A stretch of 64,000 nt of DNA from an uncultured Spirochaetales bacterium (GTDB lineage: Bacteria > Spirochaetota > Spirochaetia > Treponematales > JBGSOB01), in the NCBI GenBank assembly GCA_964399285.1, contig CAYNQK010000001.1, forward strand, positions 90 through 64,089, written 5' to 3'. The position numbers were made by a program, and so were the translations under genes. This document shows, piece after piece, positions 30,391 through 37,558 of this stretch (position 1 is the first letter of the stretch; each line of letters starts with the position of its first letter). The notes under the pieces are model-generated. The model did no database searches, was not told the origin of the DNA, and worked only from the letters and a program-made list of their open reading frames with translations.

Positions 30391-31506
30391 TTAGATTTTC
30401 TCTAGGACGTACGCCCGCTGACCGACCCCGATACGTTCGGCATGGATAAGCGTCGACGCCCAATCGCTCGAAGGATACAGCTTCGCGAATTTATCGTCTC
30501 CCGCGGCGCATGCGGTTTTGTCCGTGAGTTCGCTTCCCGGATTCGCGGGCGCGGCGTTCACGAGGTCGACGCAGGCGGCGTCGAGGGCCACAGGGTCGAG
30601 GCTCGCGGCCATGCCGATGTTCGGGACGATAGGCGCGTCCGCGTGGGACCAGCAATCGCAGTTCGGCGACACGTCCATGACGAGCGAGACGTGGAAGCAG
30701 GGTTTTCCGCGCACGACGGCCAAAGCGTACTCGGCGATGCGCTCGCAGGCGTCCACCACGCCGCCGCTCGAGAAATCCCCCTGGACCGCGTCGTAGCGGC
30801 ACATAGCGATGCACTGCCCGCAGCCGACGCACTTCGACGAGTCCTTCACCGCCTTCTTCCCGGAGGCCATTACAATGGCGCCATGTGCGCAGTTCTTGGC
30901 GCAGAGCCCGCACCCGACGCAGGCGTCGCTCACGAAGATCGGTTGGCCGCCGGAATGCAGCTCGAGCTTGCCTCCCCTGGAGGCGCAACCCATTCCGATG
31001 TTCTTGAGCGCGCCGCCGAAACCCGTGAGGTCGTGGCCCTTGAAATGATTCAATGAAACGAAGACGTCCGCGTCGACGATCGCGGAGCCGATCTTGGCGG
31101 TTTTGCAGCGTTTTTGGTCTAGGCGGATCTCGCGGTATTCGGTGCCCTTGAGGCCGTCCGCGATGATAACCTGGCAGCCGAGCGTCTGCGGCGTGAATCC
31201 GTTCTGCGCGGCCGCGTCCAGGTGGTCCACCGCGTTGGCGCGGCGGCCCGAGTAGAGCGTGCTCGAGTCGGTCACGAAGGGCTTTCCGCCCGCCGCTTTC
31301 ACCACCGAGGCGATCCGCGCGGCGAAATTCGGCCTCAAGTAGGCGGTATTGCCCGGCTCGCCGAAGTGCGCCTTGATAGCCACGAACTTCTCTTTCATGT
31401 CTATGGTTCCGATCCCGGCCTTTTTCATGAGGATCTCGAGCTTGTCGAGGAGGTTCATGCCGGGCCTTGAACGAAGATCGGTGAAGAATACGCTTGAAGG
31501 TTTCAT
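30391..31506 (-). CDS. DUF362-domain protein with 2x[4Fe-4S] ferredoxin insert
   Basis: FVAIKAHFGEPGNTAYLRP matches the DUF362 start. CVGCGLCAKNC and CVGCGQCIAMC are cluster motifs. Confidence 0.8.
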   Translation of the reverse strand: MKPSSVFFTDLRSRPGMNLLDKLEILMKKAGIGTIDMKEKFVAIKAHFGEPGNTAYLRPNFAARIASVVKAAGGKPFVTDSSTLYSGRRANAVDHLDAAAQNGFTPQTLGCQVIIADGLKGTEYREIRLDQKRCKTAKIGSAIVDADVFVSLNHFKGHDLTGFGGALKNIGMGCASRGGKLELHSGGQPIFVSDACVGCGLCAKNCAHGAIVMASGKKAVKDSSKCVGCGQCIAMCRYDAVQGDFSSGGVVDACERIAEYALAVVRGKPCFHVSLVMDVSPNCDCWSHADAPIVPNIGMAASLDPVALDAACVDLVNAAPANPGSELTDKTACAAGDDKFAKLYPSSDWASTLIHAERIGVGQRAYVLEKI

Positions 31507-31679
31507 AGAAGGGCCTCCCCGAACGGCGACGTGATGCGGAATTGTACATCGAGCTTGACCGAAGTTGAAGGGATAGTGACAGCGTGTAAAGCTTGATGTT
31601 CGGACCTGAAAGAACGAGTATGGTTGAGCGGTTGGAATCGAAAACCCGGATAGTCAGCATAGAGCGGAAAGGAGTACTC

Positions 31680-33023
31680 ATGGCTTTCCCGAAATCATTT
31701 CTCTTCGGCGCCGCCACGTCGGCGTACCAGATAGAAGGCGCCTTCAATGAGGACGGCAGGGGCTCGAGCTGGTGGGACGAGTACTCCAAACGGCCGGGAG
31801 GCACCGTCGACGGCGGGAACGGCGACGTCGCCTGCGACCATTACCATCGATACGAGTCCGATCTAGACCTCATGAGTACGCTCAATCTTCAGGCGTACCG
31901 GTTCTCCATCGCGTGGCCGCGCGTCATTCCCGACGGCCGGGGCCGGGTCAACGCGAAGGGCCTCGACTTCTATGATCGGATCACGGACGGGGTCCTGAAA
32001 CGGGGCATGAAACCCTTCGCGACCCTGTACCACTGGGATCTGCCTTCCCCCCTCGCGGCGGCGGGCGGATGGACGGACCGGGATTGCGCGAAGCGTTTCG
32101 CGGAATTCGCCGACGCGGCCACGAGGCGCCTCGGCGATAGGGTCCATTCCTGGGCGACCCTCAATGAGCCGCGTTGCGCTTCCTTCGTCGGATTCGTGGA
32201 AGGGCGTCATGCGCCGGGCGTGGAGGGCCGCCGCGACCTCGCGCTCCAGACCGCGCACGGGATGCTCTTGGGGCACGGGCTCGCGCTTCCCGTCATCAGG
32301 GCCAACGCGCCCGGAGCCAAGGCGGGGGTCGTCCTTGACGTGAGGCCTTTCTATCCGGTTGACGGGAAGGCATCATCCGCCGCGGCAGCGCACAGGGGTG
32401 ACGGGTATTTCAATCGATGGTTCTTCGACGCGATCTTCAAAGGGAAGTATCCCGAGGACGTCGTTTCCGCGTACGGGGCGGACATGCCTCGGATCGAACC
32501 GGGCGACATGGAAACGATCAGCGGGAAGATCGACTCAGTGGGGATCAATTATTATTCCCGGGGCATCGTCCGCGAGGACACGGGCATCCCCTACCCCCAC
32601 GCCGCCGACGTGCGGCAGGAAAGCTCGGAGTACACGGAAATGGGCTGGGAGGTGTACCCGAACGGGTTGCGCGACATGATCGTCAGGATCAAGGACGATT
32701 ATCATCCTGGCGAGATATTCGTCGCGGAGAACGGCGCCGCGTTCGAGGACGAGCTCCAGGGAGACCGTGTCCACGACGTCCGGAGGACGGAGTACTTCAA
32801 GAACCATCTTCAAGCCGTTTCGGAGGCCATCGACGCGGGAGCGCCGGTATCGGCCTACTTCGCGTGGTCCCTCATGGATAATTTCGAATGGGGCTTCGGG
32901 TACTCCAAGCGATTCGGAATCGTTTACGTCGATTACGCGACGCAACGGCGCGTGCCTAAGGACAGCGCGCTTTGGTACCGGGATTACATCGCTTCCTGTA
33001 AACGGACGAGCGATGCTCCGTAA
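31680..33023 (+). CDS. GH1 beta-glucosidase
   Basis: FLFGAATSAYQIEGA, TLNEP (acid/base) and VAENGAAF (nucleophile). AAAGGAG upstream of ATG 31680. Confidence 0.92.
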   Translation: MAFPKSFLFGAATSAYQIEGAFNEDGRGSSWWDEYSKRPGGTVDGGNGDVACDHYHRYESDLDLMSTLNLQAYRFSIAWPRVIPDGRGRVNAKGLDFYDRITDGVLKRGMKPFATLYHWDLPSPLAAAGGWTDRDCAKRFAEFADAATRRLGDRVHSWATLNEPRCASFVGFVEGRHAPGVEGRRDLALQTAHGMLLGHGLALPVIRANAPGAKAGVVLDVRPFYPVDGKASSAAAAHRGDGYFNRWFFDAIFKGKYPEDVVSAYGADMPRIEPGDMETISGKIDSVGINYYSRGIVREDTGIPYPHAADVRQESSEYTEMGWEVYPNGLRDMIVRIKDDYHPGEIFVAENGAAFEDELQGDRVHDVRRTEYFKNHLQAVSEAIDAGAPVSAYFAWSLMDNFEWGFGYSKRFGIVYVDYATQRRVPKDSALWYRDYIASCKRTSDAP

Positions 33024-33685
33024 ACGTCCGTCACGATCTCCGCGGGGACGTCCCAGGCGGCGCCGGCCGCGTCGATGATGGCGGAATCCGCGCTCGCGAC
33101 GACGTACGAGGGCGGTGAATCGGCGCTCGCGCCGGAATTCCGCGAGGCGAGGATCGACCTGATCCGCCCGTCGGCTGATTTCACCGCGGACGATTCGTGC
33201 GGGACGGAGCGTTCCGAGAGCATGGATCCCAAGGCGCGGGAATGCGAAGCGGATTTCGAGACGGGGGCGTCGAAACAGGCTATGACCTCGACGCGTGCGG
33301 TTTTAAGCGCGTCCGCGATGAGCGAGAGGGCCTTCTCGAAGATATCTTCCCGCGGGATCCGGCCGTAGGACGCGCCCGCGTCGCGCATATAGCCGTCGGT
33401 CGAGATGAAGCAGGGCTTCCCGATGAGGTAGTGGACGATTCCGAAGGCCGCGTTATAGGCGTCGAGGATGACGGTCTCTCCGCCGAGGGGCTTCCTGAGT
33501 TTTTCCGCGCGAAGGGCTGAATTCGCCGCAGAAGCGACCCCGCGGAACAGGATGAGTCGATCGTCTTTCCCGAGCCGGTATCGGTCGCCCACGAGCGCGA
33601 TGGAGGCCTTCTCGGGATACCCCTTGTCCAGGAGCATGCTGAAATCCCGGATCGCGGAGCGCATCTCGTCGGATACCTGCCACAT
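32984..33685 (-). CDS. DUF434-like N-terminus plus NYN/PIN-like domain protein (hypothetical)
   Basis: LLDKGYPEKASIALVGDRYRL is DUF434-like. VILDAYNAAFG resembles the LxxDGYN motif of NYN/YacP nucleases. The 3' end overlaps the convergent GH1 gene by 40 nt. Confidence 0.4.
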   Translation of the reverse strand: MWQVSDEMRSAIRDFSMLLDKGYPEKASIALVGDRYRLGKDDRLILFRGVASAANSALRAEKLRKPLGGETVILDAYNAAFGIVHYLIGKPCFISTDGYMRDAGASYGRIPREDIFEKALSLIADALKTARVEVIACFDAPVSKSASHSRALGSMLSERSVPHESSAVKSADGRIRSILASRNSGASADSPPSYVVASADSAIIDAAGAAWDVPAEIVTDVYGASLVRLQEAM

Positions 33686-33701
33686 AGCGATGCCTCTATT
33701 A

Positions 33702-34136
33702 CTATTCAGGAATCGTGGTGAAATGCTCTTCGAGGATATCGAGGAGGCCGTGGAAGCGTTCTTTTTGTTCTTCCGTGAAGCAGGAATCCGGATTGAATAC
33801 GCCGGGGCCCTTAGTCATTCCCCGCCTCACGTCGCGGCGTTTCTCCTCGCCCTTGGCCGTGAGCGTCACCCAGGTTCGCTTGCCGTTCGCCTCGTCCTTT
33901 TCCTTCTTGACCCAGCCGTTCTTCTCTAGATTCTTGATGACGAGGCTCGTGGTCGGTCGGTCGGCGAAGAGGATATCGGCGATCTCCGAGGGGCAGAGCT
34001 TGATGTTCTTGTGGAGTTCCTCGAGGATCCTGAGTTGCTTCACCGTGATTCCGTGCTCTTGGTATCGCCTCTGGAGGTAGCGGCGCCAGGTGAGGAACGC
34101 GATGCCGAGGCGCGCCATGAGCGCTCTCTGTGCCAT
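33702..34136 (-). CDS. MarR-family transcriptional regulator
   Basis: Winged HTH ITVKQLRILEELHKN...PSEIADILFADRPTTSLVIKNLEKNGWV. Start placed at ATG 34136 (ORF-track TTG 34172 coincides with a -35 hexamer). Confidence 0.85.
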   Translation of the reverse strand: MAQRALMARLGIAFLTWRRYLQRRYQEHGITVKQLRILEELHKNIKLCPSEIADILFADRPTTSLVIKNLEKNGWVKKEKDEANGKRTWVTLTAKGEEKRRDVRRGMTKGPGVFNPDSCFTEEQKERFHGLLDILEEHFTTIPE

Positions 34137-34143
34137 GATGAGA

Positions 34144-34172
34144 GTACTAACCGATAGGGCGCGATGCGTCAA
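34144..34172 (-). promoter_or_regulatory. sigma70-like promoter abutting the MarR ATG
   Basis: Minus strand: TTGACG (34172-34167), 17 nt, TAGTAC (34149-34144), 7 nt, ATG 34136. Confidence 0.45.
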
Positions 34173-34218
34173 GGAACGTTCTATTTTTCGCGTTGATTAT
34201 GCGGCGCCTTAATCCGTT

Positions 34219-35253
34219 TTACAGATCGAAAAAGTAATCCTTGTTCGTGAGTTTGGACGCTTCCTCGTATTCCTTGCGGATATGTTCCGGGACGATAGAT
34301 GCGGGGAGCGAAGAGACTAGGACCGCCTTGAGGTCCTTGAGCTCGGCTTCCCAATATTCGCGCGTTCCGAATCCGGGAAACGAGGACGCGAAAACGGGCT
34401 CGTCGAAGCGTTGGCGGATCCACGCGGAGTAGTCGATGAAGCGCGCGGCCTTGAGGGCGCCGATCGCGGAGAGCCACTCGTCCTGGAATGGCCTCACGCT
34501 GCGATACCCTTCGAGCATGACGCGACGGCGTTCGACGCCTTCGGGGTCCACGGCGGGCGCGATCATCCAGACGTCCTGGACGGCCGGACCCACGCAGGCG
34601 TCGTCGAAATCGACGATCTTGAGGTCGTCACCGGCCCAGAGGATGTTCCCCCAATGGAAATCGCCGTGGATCCTGTGGAGCGGCAAGGACGCCCACGTCT
34701 CCATCGCCTTGGCGGCGGCGAGCGCGCATTCCTCGTAATCGGGGAGGATATCGGAGGGGATGCTCGAAGTTTCCTTGAGCCGCTGGAACGGTTCGAGGAC
34801 GAGACTCGAAGCGTCGAGCGAGGGGCGTTCCGAGAAGGCTCTATGTGATCCGATCTCATGGATGAGGCCGAGGCTCCTTCCGGCGCGGCGGAGCATGGCC
34901 TCGGAGAATTCGTCCGCTATCCTGCCGGGGAAGCGCTTCCAGGCCGCGAAGGTAAAAGGCCCGGCCTTCATGAGGGTGGATCCGGATTTCAACGCGAGGG
35001 GAGCGGAAACGGGGGCGCCGCAATCCTCGAGCTCGCGGAGGAACGCGTGCTCTTCGAGTATGGCTCCGTCGCACCACCGTGAACGGCGGTAAAATTTGAG
35101 GATGAGGCGGGCACCGTCCTCGGTTTCCGCGTCGAAGACGCGGTTTTCCAGGGAATTGAGCTGGGTGAACTGACCGCTCGGACTGTCTCCCGCGAGCTCT
35201 ACGGCATCCATGATGAGATCGGGAGTCAACGTGGAAAAGGCGTCATCGCTCAT
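34219..35253 (-). CDS. srkA: stress-response Ser/Thr kinase SrkA/YihE (APH-fold)
   Basis: LNSLENRVFDAE...LILKFYRRSRW, HGDFHWGNILW and DFDDACVGPAVQDVWM are collinear with my memory of E. coli YihE. Confidence 0.85.
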   Translation of the reverse strand: MSDDAFSTLTPDLIMDAVELAGDSPSGQFTQLNSLENRVFDAETEDGARLILKFYRRSRWCDGAILEEHAFLRELEDCGAPVSAPLALKSGSTLMKAGPFTFAAWKRFPGRIADEFSEAMLRRAGRSLGLIHEIGSHRAFSERPSLDASSLVLEPFQRLKETSSIPSDILPDYEECALAAAKAMETWASLPLHRIHGDFHWGNILWAGDDLKIVDFDDACVGPAVQDVWMIAPAVDPEGVERRRVMLEGYRSVRPFQDEWLSAIGALKAARFIDYSAWIRQRFDEPVFASSFPGFGTREYWEAELKDLKAVLVSSLPASIVPEHIRKEYEEASKLTNKDYFFDL

Positions 35254-35261
35254 GCGATGGC

Positions 35262-35290
35262 ATCTTATGCCGCGGGGGAGATACATGCAA
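35262..35290 (-). promoter_or_regulatory. sigma70-like promoter abutting the srkA ATG
   Basis: Minus strand: TTGCAT (35290-35285), 17 nt, TAAGAT (35267-35262), 8 nt, ATG 35253. Confidence 0.5.
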
Positions 35291-35313
35291 GGCGGGTTCC
35301 GCGCGAAGCAGGA

Positions 35314-35342
35314 TTCAAGCCGGATCGGGAATAATGTAGAAT
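35314..35342 (+). promoter_or_regulatory. sigma70-like promoter abutting the methyltransferase ATG
   Basis: TTCAAG 35314-35319, 17 nt, TAGAAT 35337-35342 (preceded by TG), 6 nt, ATG 35349. Confidence 0.5.
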
Positions 35343-35348
35343 CGCGTC

Positions 35349-36125
35349 ATGGAAAGAGAACCAGATAACAAGGAGAGATTCAGCGGCAGGGCGGAGGACT
35401 ACGCGCGATACCGACCCCATTATCCGCGGGATACCGCGATGGCGATGCTCCGGGAATTCGGTCTTCACGGACCCGTCCTCGTCGCGGACGTCGGATGCGG
35501 GACCGGGATATCCTCCGAGCCCTTCCTCGCGGCCGGATGCCGGGTCATCGGCATCGAGCCGAATCCGGACATGAGGGCCGCCGCCGCTCAATGGCTCAAG
35601 GATGAGCCCCTGTTCGAGGCCAGGGAGGGCAGCGCCGAGGAGACGGGGCTCGAATCGGAGAGCGTGGATCTCTACCTCGCGGGCCAGGCCTTCCATTGGT
35701 TCGATATCGCGGAGGCGCGCGCGGAAGCGCTCCGTATCCTGAGAACGCCGCGCCGCGCGGTCCTCATGTGGAATGATCGATGTTCGAACGCATCGGCCTT
35801 CATGAGGGAGTTCTCCGCGTTTCTGGAAGTATGCCATAAGAGGCGGGGAACGGCGCGGCGTCCCGATCCCGACGGCCGCGACTTCGACGACTTCTTCGGT
35901 CCGGGCCGATGGAAGACCCAGGAGATCGCGCACGAGAGGGATATGACCGAAGAAACGATGGTCGGCGGAGTCTTCTCCGCTTCATATTCTCCGAATCGCG
36001 GAACCGAAGGCGCGGAGGCGGTAGCGGCCGAGGCGAAGGAAATATTCGCGCGCCATGAGACCGGGGGGAAAGTACGAATGGAATATGTGACGAGATTATT
36101 TTACGGGGCGATATCCGATCAATGA
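35349..36125 (+). CDS. class I SAM-dependent methyltransferase
   Basis: Motif I VADVGCGTGISSEPF, and motif post-I/II VIGIEPNPDM...DLYLAGQAFHWF. Confidence 0.8.
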   Translation: MEREPDNKERFSGRAEDYARYRPHYPRDTAMAMLREFGLHGPVLVADVGCGTGISSEPFLAAGCRVIGIEPNPDMRAAAAQWLKDEPLFEAREGSAEETGLESESVDLYLAGQAFHWFDIAEARAEALRILRTPRRAVLMWNDRCSNASAFMREFSAFLEVCHKRRGTARRPDPDGRDFDDFFGPGRWKTQEIAHERDMTEETMVGGVFSASYSPNRGTEGAEAVAAEAKEIFARHETGGKVRMEYVTRLFYGAISDQ

Positions 36126-36187
36126 GGGGAGGTCCGGCTTTGCGCCGAGACGCGAGCGACAGGGTGTCGTCTCACGGAAAAATAAAT

Positions 36188-36505
36188 TTGCATTTTCAGG
36201 AAAAAGAAGTACACTTATCGTAGATGTAGAAAGCGCCGAGGCCGGACCAGTCCGGTTCGGTGGGCCATGAGGCCGGAAGGAGGTTGGATGACGGTAACCG
36301 AAGAGACACAACATCGCGTGACGGATAACGGTGCTGACATCCTTCAGATCCGGAGCCTGAGCGGAAAGGCCAGCTAGACCGAAAAAGTAATCGGTCGCGG
36401 AAAGCGGCATTCTCCGGAACGCCTGTATGGCGAAAGAGAAGGCGCTGACACCGACCCGTCACAGGAGGGACCGTCCGACCCGTTCGGGCGGTCCCTTTCT
36501 TTATT
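36188..36505 (+). ncRNA. candidate independent transcript (structured RNA and/or 29-codon sORF), family unknown
   Basis: TTGCAT 36188-36193, 16 nt, TACACT 36210-36215. Several local hairpins are present. sORF 36288-36377 lies behind GGAAGGAGG. The unit ends at a strong terminator. No ORF of 60 aa or longer on this strand. Confidence 0.3.
36467..36505 (+). terminator. strong plus-strand rho-independent terminator
   Basis: GGGACCGTCCGA (36467-36478), 5-nt loop, TCGGGCGGTCCC (36484-36495), then TTTCTTTATT. The minus-strand reading has no U tract. Confidence 0.8.
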
Positions 36506-36514
36506 AGGATATAC

Positions 36515-37558
36515 CTATGCGGATATCGCGTCGAATCGAAGCTTCGTCCCGGCGAGGAGGGGCCTCGATCCCGATATATCCTCCGGGACGATCCATTCCC
36601 GCTCGACGATGGCGATCCTGCCTTCGTTTCTCTTAATCCCGTAGAAGTCAGCGCCGTTTTCGGAGCAGAAGGCCTCGAGCGATCTTTCCTTACCCGCCTC
36701 CAGGAAGAGCCCGGCAAGGAGGGGCAAGGCTACCGGAGCGGTGAACGCCCCCGCCGGAGCGGATCCGCTTTCCTTTTTAGCGCGAGCATGCGGTGCGGAA
36801 TCGCTCCCGAAGAAAAAGCGGGGATCGCCCGAAAGGACGGCTCCGCGGAGCGCGTCCCGATCTTTCCGTTCCTTCACGATCGGCTTGCAGAAGAGGAAGG
36901 GGTCCATATGCCCGCCGAGCATGTCGTCGATCGTGAACATGAGGTGGTGGGCGGTGACCGTCGCGGCGACGCCCTCGCGCGCGTTAAGGATCCATTCGAC
37001 CGAGTCAGCGCGGGAGAGATGCTCTACGACGATTTTCAGGCGGGGGTATTCCTTCGCGATCCGGCCCACGACGGGAAGGAAGGCCGTCTCGCGTTCGAGC
37101 ACGGGCGCCGCTGGATCCTCCGCGTGTATCGAGAGGATGAGGCCGAGTTCCTGCATCGCGCCCAGGGCGGACTTGATGGAATCGGGGGAAGGCACGCCGT
37201 CGTCCGCGTTCGTCGTTGAACCCGCGGGGTAGTATTTCCCCGCGACGCAGCCTGAATCCGCGAGCGCGCGGACGGTCGCGGATTCAATGCCGGGGAGGAG
37301 CTTGAAGGCCATGAGCGGCTCGAAAGCGGGAGCCTCCGCGGCGAGGGCCGCGAGGATCTCGTTCCGGTATTCCGCGACGCGTTCAGGGGTCGAGGCCGGA
37401 GGAACGACGTTCGGCATCACGAGGGCGCGCTTGAAAACGCCGGCGGTGCGCAGGGCCCATGGCCCGAGAGGCGATCCTTGCCTGAAATGGACGTGGAAGT
37501 CATCGGGCGCGCGCATGATGAAGCGCGCGCCGCCCTCCCGCGAGGCATCCTCCGTCAC
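36515..37558 (-). CDS. pyrC: dihydroorotase (E. coli-type)
   Basis: PDDFHVHFRQG, MPN, the HAED region and FFFGSDSAPH. Its ATG overlaps the stop of the upstream REC-PP2C gene by 4 nt. Confidence 0.9.
   Translation of the reverse strand: MTEDASREGGARFIMRAPDDFHVHFRQGSPLGPWALRTAGVFKRALVMPNVVPPASTPERVAEYRNEILAALAAEAPAFEPLMAFKLLPGIESATVRALADSGCVAGKYYPAGSTTNADDGVPSPDSIKSALGAMQELGLILSIHAEDPAAPVLERETAFLPVVGRIAKEYPRLKIVVEHLSRADSVEWILNAREGVAATVTAHHLMFTIDDMLGGHMDPFLFCKPIVKERKDRDALRGAVLSGDPRFFFGSDSAPHARAKKESGSAPAGAFTAPVALPLLAGLFLEAGKERSLEAFCSENGADFYGIKRNEGRIAIVEREWIVPEDISGSRPLLAGTKLRFDAISA

Noticed and set aside
32984-33023. Convergent 3'-end overlaps as signs of mis-assembly or pseudogenes: GH1/DUF434-like 40 nt, DUF4130/ATL 56 nt, murA/J-domain gene 11 nt, and the 96-aa ORF/TrmH 4 nt.
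   Set aside because: Each overlap is fixed by real stop codons in otherwise intact, motif-complete genes. The pattern is consistent with a compact genome, so it is not treated as a separate finding.
36188-36505. Identity of the orphan region as RNase P RNA, tmRNA, SRP RNA or a known riboswitch (TPP, cobalamin, FMN, glmS).
   Set aside because: I found none of the diagnostic strings on either strand: GAGGAAAGUCCGGGC and ACAGAACCCGGCUUA for RNase P, a GGGG...CCACCA tRNA-like end for tmRNA, and GGAAGCAGCC on the 3' side of a GGAA loop for SRP. No plus-strand gene lies downstream for a riboswitch to control. Only a covariance-model search can settle this.
36096-36717. Minus-strand ORFs 36096-36410 (104 aa) and 36196-36717 (173 aa) in the orphan region.
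   Set aside because: The longer one overlaps the pyrC 3' end in another frame. Both are Arg/Ser/Pro/Gly-rich with no start context. The region's terminator and SD signals are on the plus strand.
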